DNA of 64,000 nt from Myxococcota bacterium (GTDB taxonomy: Bacteria; Myxococcota_A; UBA9160; UBA4427): the NCBI GenBank assembly GCA_965250285.1, contig OZ252299.1, forward strand, positions 2,368,001 through 2,432,000, given 5' to 3'. The notes under the pieces were generated by a model. That model saw only the letters and a list, made by a program, of their open reading frames with translations, made no database searches and was not told where the DNA came from. Each line of letters opens with the position of its first letter. The first letter of the stretch is position 1. Of this stretch, positions 29,295-38,640 are shown in pieces. A program made the position numbers and the translations under genes.

Positions 29295-29372
29295 GCCGCC
29301 CTCCCCGAGCGCTGCCCGGTCGTCACCCCGAATGCGCGACCTGGCCAGGCCGCCAAGTCGCGGCGTGGCCCG

Positions 29373-30089
29373 CTACCAGGTCTCGACCGAGGTCCGGACG
29401 TCGAGCTCGAAGGTCCATGCTCGCTTGGGCTGGTGATAGAGGTACGCGAAGCCGTCGACGATGCCCTCGATGCTGACCATGCCTGCTTCGCCGAGCTTCT
29501 CGGCGTACTCGGGATAGGCGCCCATCACCTTGTCGCCGCCAATCGCACCGTCGACCACCACGTGGCCCACATGGATGCCGTCGGGCCCGTACTCCTTGGC
29601 CAACGCCTGAGCGAACTGACGCAGGCCCGCCTTCGCAGAGTTGAACGCGCCGAAGAACGCGCGTCCGCGCAGCGAGGCGCTCGCGCCGGTGTAGAGAATC
29701 GTGCCCGCTCCGCGTGGCTGCATGCGCCGCACCGCCTCGCGGCCGAAGAGGAAGCCGCCGAAGCAGCAGACCCGCCAGGCGTTCTCGAAGTAGTCGGCCT
29801 CCATGTCGATGATGCGGCCGGGGGTGTTGTTGCCGGCGTTGTAGACCGCGAGGTCGAGCTCGTCGCCGGCCTTTTCGAAGAGCTGCTTCACGGCGGCCTC
29901 ACTCGTCGCGTCGGTCACGACCGGCTCGGCACTTCCACCCGCACCGCGGATCGCCTCGGTCACCGCCTCGAGGTTCTCGGCCGTGCGGCCGGCGACGAGT
30001 ACGTGCAGTCCATCGCTCGCGAAACGGTGGCAAAGCTGGGCGCCGAGCCCCCGATCGGGGCCCACGCCGATGATCACAGCGGTCTTCAT
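29373..30089 (-). CDS. Short-chain dehydrogenase/reductase (atypical, FxxxK)
   Basis: IIGVGPDRGLG, YNAGNN, TGASASLRG, FNSAK, HVVVDGAI, WTFELDVR. Confidence 0.9.
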   Translation of the reverse strand: MKTAVIIGVGPDRGLGAQLCHRFASDGLHVLVAGRTAENLEAVTEAIRGAGGSAEPVVTDATSEAAVKQLFEKAGDELDLAVYNAGNNTPGRIIDMEADYFENAWRVCCFGGFLFGREAVRRMQPRGAGTILYTGASASLRGRAFFGAFNSAKAGLRQFAQALAKEYGPDGIHVGHVVVDGAIGGDKVMGAYPEYAEKLGEAGMVSIEGIVDGFAYLYHQPKRAWTFELDVRTSVETW

Positions 30090-30136
30090 GGTCGATCCTC
30101 CTCGCCCCTTCGGATGCCGAGGGCGCAGCCAGGGCC

Positions 30137-30823
30137 TCAGTCGGCCAGCATGGGTACGGGTGCGCGATCGGCCACGAAGGCGGCGAAGCGCTCCAGCCAT
30201 CCCGATCGTTGAACCGAAGGTCGCGCACGACACGCCTCGATGTAGTCGGCGAGGGCCGGCGTGCGCGCCGCCCACGGAAAGCCGAGGGCGTCGAAGTGCA
30301 TGAGCAGGGGAAAGACCGCGATGTCGGCGAGGGTGAAGGCGTCGCCCGCGAGGAAGCGGCGACCCTCGACGTATTCGTTCCATCGTTCGAGCTCGCTCAC
30401 GAGCGCGTCGATGCGCGGCTGCAGCTCATCGCGCCCCTTCTTGGCGAACGCCACCGAGCCGAAGATGTTCGACGGATCGAGCTTGGCCTGGAACTCTTCG
30501 ATCCGCATGATCGCCTCGGCCCGGCGGCGGGGCTCGGAGACCGGCGGCATGAGCGGGGGTTCTGGATGCATGTCATCGAGAAAGCGGATCGTCGCAATGC
30601 TCTCGTAGACGACGATCGGCCCCTCGGCCTCGCCGAGGTCGTAGACGAGTGTCGGAACCTGCCCGCGCGGCGTGACGTCGGAGAGCGGCGGCTGCTTGTG
30701 CTCGCCCTTGAAGAGGTCGACGGGCACCTTCTCGAACTCGAGCCCCTTCTCGAGCAGCGCCAGCTCGGTGCGGACGGCATTCTGGGAGGGCGGAAAGACG
30801 TAGATCGTGATCTTCGGATCCAT
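30137..30823 (-). CDS. Glutathione S-transferase
   Basis: PPSQN, VDLFKGEH, PRGQVPTL, YESIATIRFLD, FLAGDAFTLADI. Confidence 0.92.
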   Translation of the reverse strand: MDPKITIYVFPPSQNAVRTELALLEKGLEFEKVPVDLFKGEHKQPPLSDVTPRGQVPTLVYDLGEAEGPIVVYESIATIRFLDDMHPEPPLMPPVSEPRRRAEAIMRIEEFQAKLDPSNIFGSVAFAKKGRDELQPRIDALVSELERWNEYVEGRRFLAGDAFTLADIAVFPLLMHFDALGFPWAARTPALADYIEACRARPSVQRSGWLERFAAFVADRAPVPMLAD

Positions 30824-30921
30824 CCCCCGAGTGTATCCGAACCGTGTGCGTCGCTCTCGGTTCGGGCCGACCTGATGTAGGGTCGAATCGGTCCCGAAAC
30901 CGAACGCCCCGGAGAATCCCG

Positions 30922-31674
30922 ATGCCTCGTGCCTTCGTTCACGGCAATCCCGAGACGCCCGCCATCTGGCAGGCGCTCTTCGACGCGCTGAGCGCGCGCG
31001 GCGAGACCGAGCTGGTCGCCCTCGCCCCGCCCGGCTTCGGCGCCCCGCTCCCCGCCGGCTTCGCGCCGACCCAGACCGGCTACCGAGACTGGCTGATCGA
31101 ACAGCTCGAGGGGCTGGGCGGCGACGTCGACCTCGTCGGTCACGACTGGGGCGCCGGACACGTCTATGGCGTGGCCGCCGAACGCCCCGACCTGTTGCGC
31201 TCGTGGGCGGCCGACTGCGCCGGTCTCGCGCACCCTGAATACGTCTGGCACGACGCTGCCCAGGCTTGGCAGACCCCCGAGGTCGGCGAGCAGACGATCG
31301 CCGCCATGTTCGGCCTGAGCGCCGAGGAGCGTGCGGCGACCTGGGTCTCGATGGGCATTCGCGATGACGTCGCCGCCGCCCTCGCCGAAGCGCAGGACGA
31401 GACGATGGGGCGCTGCATCCTCGCTCTCTACCGTTCGGCGGCCCAACCCGCGATGGCCGATCTCGGCCGTCGACTGATCGCCGCCGAGCGACGCCCGGGT
31501 CTCGTGTTGATCGCGACCGACGATCACTACGCCGGCACCATCGAGATGGCCGAACACATGGCGGGTGAGCTCGGCGCCGCGACGGCGACGCTCGAAGGCC
31601 TGGGCCACTGGTGGATGTTCGATGGCGCCGATGCGGCGGCGGACGCGCTCGTGGCGCACTGGGCCGCCGCCTGA
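30922..31674 (+). CDS. Alpha/beta hydrolase (epoxide hydrolase/haloalkane dehalogenase-like)
   Basis: FVHGNPET, PGFG, Asp nucleophile in VGHDWGA, GLGHWW. Confidence 0.88.
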   Translation: MPRAFVHGNPETPAIWQALFDALSARGETELVALAPPGFGAPLPAGFAPTQTGYRDWLIEQLEGLGGDVDLVGHDWGAGHVYGVAAERPDLLRSWAADCAGLAHPEYVWHDAAQAWQTPEVGEQTIAAMFGLSAEERAATWVSMGIRDDVAAALAEAQDETMGRCILALYRSAAQPAMADLGRRLIAAERRPGLVLIATDDHYAGTIEMAEHMAGELGAATATLEGLGHWWMFDGADAAADALVAHWAAA

Positions 31675-31686
31675 TCGAGCGCGCGT

Positions 31687-33303
31687 TCAGCCCTCGGCCA
31701 GGACGCGCTTCAGCACCTTGCCGGTCGGATTGCGGGGCAGCTCGTCGAGGAACACGATGTCGCGCGGCACCTTGTAGCGCGCGAGGTTGTCCTTGACGTA
31801 GGTCTTGAGGCCGGCCTCGTCGACGCTCGCGCCTTCACCGAGCACGACGAAGCCCTTGAGCCGCTGACCGAACTCGTCGTCGGGCACGCCGATCACGGCC
31901 GCTTCGACGACGTCGTCGTGATCCGACAGCAGGTCTTCGACCTCGCGCGGGAAGACGTTCTCACCGCCCGAGACGATCATGTCGTCGTCGCGTCCGTCGA
32001 CGAAGAGCAGGCCGTTGTCGTCGAAGTGACCGACGTCGCCGCTCGACATGAGGCCGCGAATGATCTCTTTGTTGCCGCCGCCCGTGTACCCCTCGAACTG
32101 CACCTCGTTTGCGACGAAGATTCGGCCGGTCTGCCCCGTCGGCAGCTCTTCACCCGCGTCATCGAGGATCTTCACGGTCACGCCGCGCGGCGGACGGCCC
32201 GCGGTGCCCGGCACCGCGCGCAGCTCGTCGGGCATCGCGATCGTCGCCTGCGCGACCTCGGTCGAGCCGTAGAGGTTGTAGACGTTGTCGCCAAACGTAT
32301 CCATCCAGCGAAGCGCGAGCTCACCCGGCAGCGCCGAACCGCTGGCACACACCATCTCGAGCGAAGACACGTCGTAGCGACGAATCACGTCGTCTCCCAG
32401 ATCGAGGATCCGCTGCATCATCACCGGCACGACCGCCATCACGCGCGGCCGCCACTGATCGATGGCCTTGAGCGTCGCCTCGGGATCGAAGCGGCGCTGC
32501 AGGCACACCGTGCAACCGAGCTGGGCCGCCAGCAGGAGATGCAGACCACCCCAGGAGTGGAAGGTCGGTGCGACGATCAGGTGACGCGCGCCGGTCTGGA
32601 GCGGCATGCGTCCGAAGAGACCGACGAGCGTATCGACGCCCTGGCGCGCGATCTTGCGCTGGGCGCCCTTGGGCAGGCCCGTGGTCCCGGACGTGAGAAT
32701 CGTGGTGCGCCCGGGCTCGGGCGGCGGCTCGAGGGGAGACGAATCGCCGGCCGCGGCCAGCTCGTCGAGGGTCGTGCCGGGGGCGTCGTCGCCCTTGTAC
32801 GTAAGGAACCGGCGCATCTCTTCGCCGCCCCCTTCGACGATGCCGTGGAACTCTTCGTCGTAGAGGATCACCTGCGTCCCCTCTCGGGCGCAGACCTCCT
32901 TCAGCTGGGGCCCCGCGAAGCCAGTGTTGAGCAACAGGATGTTCGCACCGAGCTTCTCGAGCGCGACCTGCCCCTGCACGAAGCCGCGATGGTTGCGGGC
33001 GAAGAGCCCGACCCCGTCGCCGGGCCGCACGCCCGCGTCGCGCAGACCGCGCGCGATCGAGTTCGTCGACGCCTCGAGCTCACCGAACGTCATCATGCCG
33101 CGTTCGTCGATGATCGCGATGTCGCCCGGCTTGCGCGCGGCCGCCGCGGCGAAGCCGGTCGCGCCGGTGCTACCGAACTTGCGCATCGCGGGCACCAGCG
33201 TGCCGAGAAAGAGCGGGTTCAAGAACCCCGCGCTGCCCAGCACCTCGACGGCCTCGGCCGTCCGTGCCCACGTGCCCCCTTGTCCCGTGCCTCGCATCGT
33301 CAT
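31687..33303 (-). CDS. Acyl-CoA synthetase (FadD2/FadD12-like)
   Basis: LTSGTTGLPKG, YGSTE, SGDVG, GRDDDMIVSGGENVFPREVE, LPRNPTGKVLK. Confidence 0.93.
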   Translation of the reverse strand: MTMRGTGQGGTWARTAEAVEVLGSAGFLNPLFLGTLVPAMRKFGSTGATGFAAAAARKPGDIAIIDERGMMTFGELEASTNSIARGLRDAGVRPGDGVGLFARNHRGFVQGQVALEKLGANILLLNTGFAGPQLKEVCAREGTQVILYDEEFHGIVEGGGEEMRRFLTYKGDDAPGTTLDELAAAGDSSPLEPPPEPGRTTILTSGTTGLPKGAQRKIARQGVDTLVGLFGRMPLQTGARHLIVAPTFHSWGGLHLLLAAQLGCTVCLQRRFDPEATLKAIDQWRPRVMAVVPVMMQRILDLGDDVIRRYDVSSLEMVCASGSALPGELALRWMDTFGDNVYNLYGSTEVAQATIAMPDELRAVPGTAGRPPRGVTVKILDDAGEELPTGQTGRIFVANEVQFEGYTGGGNKEIIRGLMSSGDVGHFDDNGLLFVDGRDDDMIVSGGENVFPREVEDLLSDHDDVVEAAVIGVPDDEFGQRLKGFVVLGEGASVDEAGLKTYVKDNLARYKVPRDIVFLDELPRNPTGKVLKRVLAEG

Positions 33304-33527
33304 GCCGAATAGGTACGCCAACCGCGGCCACAACGCGAGTGGGTGGGGGCGCGAGCGCCTCGTGCACAGGCAGAGCGGGCCGCGACGTGCACCGACCCCG
33401 CCGCGCGACGGCCGGCGGCGGTGCGTTCGAGCGGGTCCTGGCCGACACGAAGCGGCCGCCTCACCTCGCGGGCCCGCGGGCGGGCCCGCCGTTGAACCGC
33501 CCGCAACGACCCCGCACACTCGGCCGC

Positions 33528-34283
33528 ATGTCGGACGAGCGCGTCACCGAGCTGTTCATGGCCATCCACAGCGGCAACCCACGCGAGGCGCCGGGGAGCG
33601 CTGCGTCGACCCGTCGGGCCTTCGACCTCTGCATCGGCCTCCCCGATGCGCCGCGGGGGCTCGATCTCGGCTGCGGCCCGGGCGGGCAAACGCTCGACCT
33701 CGCCGCCCACTGCGACGGGCGCTTCCTCGCCATCGATCTGCATGCGCCCTACCTCGAACGCCTCGAGCGAGAGGCCGAGCGGCGCGGCCTGTCGAGCCGC
33801 ATCGAAACCCTGCGCGCCGACATCGGCGAGCTCGATCTCGACGCCGGCTCTTTCGATCTGATCTGGAGCGAAGGCGCGATCTACAACGTCGGCTTTCGGG
33901 CCGGGCTCGAAGCGTGGCGACCGCTGCTCGCTCGCGGCGGATACATGGCCGTGAGCGAAGCGACCTGGCTCGTCGAGTCGCCCGCCGAAGAGGTGCGGGC
34001 CTTCTGGGCCGAGGCCTACCCGGCGATGCAGTCGGTCGAGGCCAACCTGCGAGACGTCCGCGACGCCGGCTTCACGCTCTGCGATCACTTCACCTTGCCG
34101 GCCGCGTGCTGGCACGACTACTACGCCGATCTCGAGGCCCGCATGGAGGCGCTCGCGGCCGAGCACGCCGACGACGACGTGGCGGCGGCGGTCTTCGCCG
34201 CGGAACGACGTGAGATCGATCTGTATCGACGACACGGCGACGCGTATGGCTACGTCTTCTACGTCGCGCTCCGCAGGGATTGA
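33528..34283 (+). CDS. Class I SAM-dependent methyltransferase
   Basis: PREAPGS, LDLGCGPG, FDLIWSEGAIYNVGF, YGYVFY. Confidence 0.9.
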   Translation: MSDERVTELFMAIHSGNPREAPGSAASTRRAFDLCIGLPDAPRGLDLGCGPGGQTLDLAAHCDGRFLAIDLHAPYLERLEREAERRGLSSRIETLRADIGELDLDAGSFDLIWSEGAIYNVGFRAGLEAWRPLLARGGYMAVSEATWLVESPAEEVRAFWAEAYPAMQSVEANLRDVRDAGFTLCDHFTLPAACWHDYYADLEARMEALAAEHADDDVAAAVFAAERREIDLYRRHGDAYGYVFYVALRRD

Positions 34284-34286
34284 CTC

Positions 34287-35081
34287 GTGAACGACCGCAG
34301 CGAGACGCACCCGGCGGCGATCCGCCGCTACGTGGCCCTGGGCGACAGCCAGACCGAGGGGCTCAACGACTTCGACGAAGCGGGCCAGCCGCGCGGCTGG
34401 GCCGACCGCTTCGCTGAAGCGCTCGCCTCGAGCTCGCCTGGCCTGCTCTACGCGAACCTCGCCGTCCGGGGCAAGCGGACGGCCGAGATCCGGCGCGACC
34501 AGGTCGAGGCCGGTCTCGCGCTGAAGCCCGACCTGGTCACGGTGGTCTCGGGCGTCAATGACGTCGTCCGGCCGTCGGTCGAGATCGAAACCGTCGCGGG
34601 TGATCTCGAGTCGATGTATGCCGCCTTCGCCGCCACGGGTGCGCAGGTCATGGGTTGTACGTTCCCGCTGCCCGAGATCGGGCTGACGCGCCGCGCCGCA
34701 CCGCGGCTGAAGGCTCTGAACCGGGCGATCCGCGACGCGGCGAAGCGCCACGACGTCACGCTCGTCGAGATGGAGGGCGTGACGATGGCGTCCGATCTTC
34801 GGCTCTGGAGCGACGATCGGATCCACCTGAATGCCGACGGCCACGGTCGGCTGGCCGCGGCCTTCGCCGCGACGTTCGAGGGCGCGGGGGACGAGCGCTG
34901 GCGACAGGCGCTACCGCCGACCGATCCGCCTTCGCTGCCCCGTCGCGTCGGCCGTGAAGCGGCCTGGATCGCTCGGTTCGTCGTACCGAAGCTGGTCCGT
35001 CTGGCTCGCGGTCGGTCTTCGGGGGACGGGCGGACGGCAAAGCGCCCCACGCTGCGGCCTGTCGAGTCGCCACGCCGCTAG
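34287..35081 (+). CDS. SGNH/GDSL hydrolase
   Basis: YVALGDSQTEG, YANLAVRG, GVND, DRIHLN. Confidence 0.92.
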   Translation: MNDRSETHPAAIRRYVALGDSQTEGLNDFDEAGQPRGWADRFAEALASSSPGLLYANLAVRGKRTAEIRRDQVEAGLALKPDLVTVVSGVNDVVRPSVEIETVAGDLESMYAAFAATGAQVMGCTFPLPEIGLTRRAAPRLKALNRAIRDAAKRHDVTLVEMEGVTMASDLRLWSDDRIHLNADGHGRLAAAFAATFEGAGDERWRQALPPTDPPSLPRRVGREAAWIARFVVPKLVRLARGRSSGDGRTAKRPTLRPVESPRR

Positions 35082-35092
35082 CGACGGGGCCC

Positions 35093-35731
35093 TCAACCGG
35101 CGGAGGAGCGCTCGGCGAGCAGCCGGCGAGTCTCCGCCGATACGTCGGCCCCGAGCACGCCGGTCGTCAGATCGACGAGATCGCTGACGAAGAGGCGGTG
35201 GTCGGCTCGGCGACGCGTCCGCGCACGGCGACCCAGCTCGGAGTAACAGAGATGGATCGCCGAGTACCGCCGATGCAGCGGCAGCGTCGCGTCGGTCATG
35301 CGCTCGGTCGCGAGGCGATGCCAACGATCGAGCTGGGTGCCGGTGAACGCGCCGCGGCGCTTGAGGTTGGCGGGATCGGCGATCAGCTCGGCCTGGATGC
35401 GCAGATAGTCCCGCCCGTCAGGCTCGGCCAGCATCGCCGCCGACGGCCGCACGAGCGCGCCGACGATCGCGCGCAGCGAGGCATCCGGGTCGGCGTCGAG
35501 CTCGTCGAGGAGCGCCGCGCGGCGCGCCCCGACCAGCTCGTGCTGCGGGGCGAGCACCGCCGAGAGCAGCGCGTCCCGATCGCCGAAGTGGTACTGAACG
35601 GCGTTCGAGTTGCGTTGATCGGCGGCGCGCACGACCTCGCGCATCGAGACCCCGTCGATCCCCCGCTCGGCGAAGAGCGGGCGCGCGGCTCGCAGCAGCG
35701 CCTCGCGGCCTTTCGACGTGGCATCGCGCAT
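35093..35731 (-). CDS. TetR/AcrR-family transcriptional regulator
   Basis: LLRAARPLFAERGIDGVSMREV...QRNSNAVQYHFGDRDALL. Confidence 0.9.
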   Translation of the reverse strand: MRDATSKGREALLRAARPLFAERGIDGVSMREVVRAADQRNSNAVQYHFGDRDALLSAVLAPQHELVGARRAALLDELDADPDASLRAIVGALVRPSAAMLAEPDGRDYLRIQAELIADPANLKRRGAFTGTQLDRWHRLATERMTDATLPLHRRYSAIHLCYSELGRRARTRRRADHRLFVSDLVDLTTGVLGADVSAETRRLLAERSSAG

Positions 35732-35756
35732 CCCGCCCCCAACGCCTCGCGGCGGC

Positions 35757-37040
35757 TCAGCGGCCGCGCTTCTCGCGATACGCCTTCCAGCGCTCGGCGG
35801 CCTCGGCGAGCTCGGTATTGACATCAAAGAGGGGCTTCATCTTTTCCCAGGCCTGCTCGCGCTTGTACGGCAGGAACTCGCGCGGGAAGTGGCCCTCGTG
35901 CGGGAGGTAGTCGCGCAGCACCCGCTTGGCCACCGTCGCCTTGTGCACTTCGTCCGCGCCATCGGCCAGGCCCATCGTGGGCGCGGCGGCGTACATGTCC
36001 TGGAGCGGCGTCAGATCGGTGGTGCCGAGCGAGCCGTGGATCTGCAGTGCATCGAACGAGATCTCGCGGAGCACCTTCGACATCGTGAACTTCACGGCGG
36101 CAATGTCAGTGCGCGTCTCCTGACCCGAGGTCTGATCCATGCGCCACGCGGTCTCGAGCACGTAGAGCCTGAGCATCTTCAGCTTGGCGTACGACTCGGC
36201 GATCTTCTCCTGCACCATCTGGTGGTCGGCGATGATCGCGCCGTGCGACTGCCGCGAGAGCGCCCGCTCACACATCATGTCGAAGGCGAGTTTGCACTGG
36301 GCGATGGTGCGCATGGCATGATGGATGCGGCCGCCGCCGAGCCGACGCTGCGCGAGCACATGGGCACCGTCCTCGGGACCGAGCAGGTGATCGAGGGGCA
36401 CGCGAACGTTCTCGTAGATGATGTGATTGTGATTGCGGGGCTCGGGCATGATCGTGACACCCGGCGTCTCGCGCGGCACGACGTACATGCCGTTCGTGCA
36501 CATCACGAAGAGGATGTCGGCCACGCGCCCTGCCGACGTGAACCACTTCTCGCCGTTGATGACCCACTCGTCGCCGTCGCGCGTCGCGTGGGTCTTGAAG
36601 AGGCGGGGATCCGAACCGCCCTGGGGCTCGGTCATCGAGTAGGCCGAGAACATCTCCTGATTGAGCAGGGGCTCGAGCCAGCGCTTCTTCTGCTCATCGG
36701 TCCCGAACGCCGCCAGCATCTCCATGTTGCCGGTGTCGGGGGCGGCGGCGCCGAAGAGCTGGGGCGCGGCCGGATATCGACCGAGGATCTCGTTCACGAG
36801 ACCGAGCTTGAGCTGGCCGAAGCCGGGCCCGCCGAGCTCCTCGTCGAGAAAGAGCGCCCAGAGCCCCTGATCCTTCACTTCCTGCTGAAGCTCTCGCACG
36901 TACGCCCGCACCGCGGGATCCGGGAGTCGGACCGCATGCGGAAAGATGTGGCCGAGCGGTTCGACCTTCTCGTCGCAGAACCACTGGATCCAGTCGAGCT
37001 TCTCCTGAAACTCGGGGTCGGTGGAAAAATCCCAGCCCAT
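35757..37040 (-). CDS. Acyl-CoA dehydrogenase (FadE2/ACAD10-11-like)
   Basis: APDTGNMEML, YSMTEP, INGEKWFTS, AQRRLGGGRIHHAMR, QIHGSLG, LADGADEVH. Confidence 0.93.
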   Translation of the reverse strand: MGWDFSTDPEFQEKLDWIQWFCDEKVEPLGHIFPHAVRLPDPAVRAYVRELQQEVKDQGLWALFLDEELGGPGFGQLKLGLVNEILGRYPAAPQLFGAAAPDTGNMEMLAAFGTDEQKKRWLEPLLNQEMFSAYSMTEPQGGSDPRLFKTHATRDGDEWVINGEKWFTSAGRVADILFVMCTNGMYVVPRETPGVTIMPEPRNHNHIIYENVRVPLDHLLGPEDGAHVLAQRRLGGGRIHHAMRTIAQCKLAFDMMCERALSRQSHGAIIADHQMVQEKIAESYAKLKMLRLYVLETAWRMDQTSGQETRTDIAAVKFTMSKVLREISFDALQIHGSLGTTDLTPLQDMYAAAPTMGLADGADEVHKATVAKRVLRDYLPHEGHFPREFLPYKREQAWEKMKPLFDVNTELAEAAERWKAYREKRGR

Positions 37041-37164
37041 GGGGGTGTCCTTTCTTGCGTCTCGCGCTTCGTTCGTTGCGTTCGTGTCGGTGAGCGTCGG
37101 CTCGAGACGTCCCGATCGGCACGGTCGCGCGTCACGGTCGTGGAGCCGGCACGCCCTCGGAAGA

Positions 37165-37208
37165 CATCTGACAGCTCATTTAATACAGATGCATCACTCT
37201 CGCGTCAA
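37165..37208 (-). promoter_or_regulatory. Promoter/operator of the acyl-CoA dehydrogenase-tetR operon
   Basis: On the minus strand TTGACG (37208-37203), 17 bp, TATTAA. Imperfect palindrome TAATAC-AGAT-GCATCA (37181-37196) and inverted repeat CATCTG-N15-CAGATG. Confidence 0.55.
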
Positions 37209-38122
37209 GCCGGGGCCCCGGCGCCGCGCTCGGGGCCCCGTCCCTGCACCGCGGACGTGAGCGCATCGGCGAAGGCATGCACGCGCCGCGCCCGGGCCCG
37301 GCCCGGCGGAAACACGAGCTGAACCGGGGTCGGCGGCATCGGAAACCCAGCCAGAAGCTCGACGAGCGCGCCCGAAGCGAGGTCTGCGCGCACGTCGAGC
37401 TCCGACTTCGAGACGATGCCCTGCCCCGCCACGGCCCACTCGCGCACGAGCGCGCTGTCGTCGGCGATGCGGTCGCCGCGCACGGGCACGCGGACGTCGC
37501 GCCCATCGAAGCGAAAGCGCCAGACCTGATCGAGGTGGGCCCCGAAGCGCATGACGATGCAGTTGTGGTCGGCGAGATCCGCCGGCTGCGCGGGCTGGCC
37601 GTGCGCTTCGATGTAGCTCGGCGCCGCGCAAACGATGCGGCGAGGTTCGGCCAGCCGGCGGATTCGCAGCGTGCTGTCGCTCAGCTCGCCGAAGCGGATC
37701 GCGACGTCGATCGACTCGCCGACGACGTCGATGTAGCCATCCGACAGCAAGAGCTCGATCGAGACGGCCGGATGTGCGCCGAGGAACGCATCGATCACCG
37801 GCACCACGGTCGACCGTCCGAGGTCGAGCGGCGCGCCCACGCGGAGGCGGCCCGAGAGGCTCTCGGCCTCGCGACGCACGCGCTGATCGAGATCGTCGAT
37901 CTCCTGGAGCAGCCCCTGCGCGCCTTCGAGGAGCGTTCGGCCCTCGTCTGTGAGCCCGAGTGTCCGGGTCGTGCGCCGCAGCAGCGCGACGCCGAAGTGC
38001 TGTTCGAGGGCCGCAACACGCTCGGACACCGTGGTGGCCGAGAGACCGAGGGCGCGGCCGGCGGCCGCCATGCTCCCTCGCTCGACGATCGCGACGAAGA
38101 GCCGAAGGTGGTCGGGATTCAT
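37205..38122 (-). CDS. LysR-family regulator (CrgA/DmlR-like)
   Basis: LRLFVAIVERGSMAAAGRALG...LEQHFGVALLRRTTR...LTDEG, CAAPSY...P..PADLADHNC. Confidence 0.94.
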   Translation of the reverse strand: MNPDHLRLFVAIVERGSMAAAGRALGLSATTVSERVAALEQHFGVALLRRTTRTLGLTDEGRTLLEGAQGLLQEIDDLDQRVRREAESLSGRLRVGAPLDLGRSTVVPVIDAFLGAHPAVSIELLLSDGYIDVVGESIDVAIRFGELSDSTLRIRRLAEPRRIVCAAPSYIEAHGQPAQPADLADHNCIVMRFGAHLDQVWRFRFDGRDVRVPVRGDRIADDSALVREWAVAGQGIVSKSELDVRADLASGALVELLAGFPMPPTPVQLVFPPGRARARRVHAFADALTSAVQGRGPERGAGAPA

Positions 38123-38140
38123 TATCCGATTTTTACGGAT
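38123..38140. promoter_or_regulatory. LysR recognition box
   Basis: Palindrome ATCCG-ATTTTTA-CGGAT (38124-38140) abutting the lysR start codon in an AT-rich divergent gap; a T-N11-A is present (38123/38135). Confidence 0.7.
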
Positions 38141-38269
38141 TCAGAATCCAGATTCCATCTAATTGTGGGCTTCATCCGGATGACAGACAGTCTGCCCCGC
38201 GCCGCCCGCCAGACCAGAACCGCCGCCCGCCTCGGCGCAGCCCGCCCGACCTCGAGAGGACCCGACCCG

Positions 38270-38572
38270 ATGCCCTGCTTCTCCGTACTCGCCGTCACGC
38301 CCACCCGCGAAGAGTGGATCCCCGACTACATCGAGCCGGTCGGCGCGCTCGTCGCGCGCCATGGCGGCCGCTACCTCGCGCGGACGGCAAGCCACGAGCA
38401 GGTCGAGGGCGAACCCGAAGACGCTGCGCTGCGCATCTTGATCGAGTGGCCCTCGAAGGCCGCGGCGCTCGAGTTCATGAGCGACCCCGACTACGCCCCG
38501 CACCTGGCCGCGCGGTCGGCGGGCTCGATCAGCCGCCACTTCCTGATCGAGGCCAAGGACGATCTCGCGTAG
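38270..38572 (+). CDS. DUF1330 protein
   Basis: WIPDYIEPVGALVARHGGRYLAR...EG...IEWPSKAAALEFMSDPDY. Confidence 0.87.
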   Translation: MPCFSVLAVTPTREEWIPDYIEPVGALVARHGGRYLARTASHEQVEGEPEDAALRILIEWPSKAAALEFMSDPDYAPHLAARSAGSISRHFLIEAKDDLA

Positions 38573-38640
38573 GCGCCCGCATCGCTGGACCGCCGAACAG
38601 AATCCAGCTCGCTCCCGCGACCATCGCCTCGAGAGGCCCC

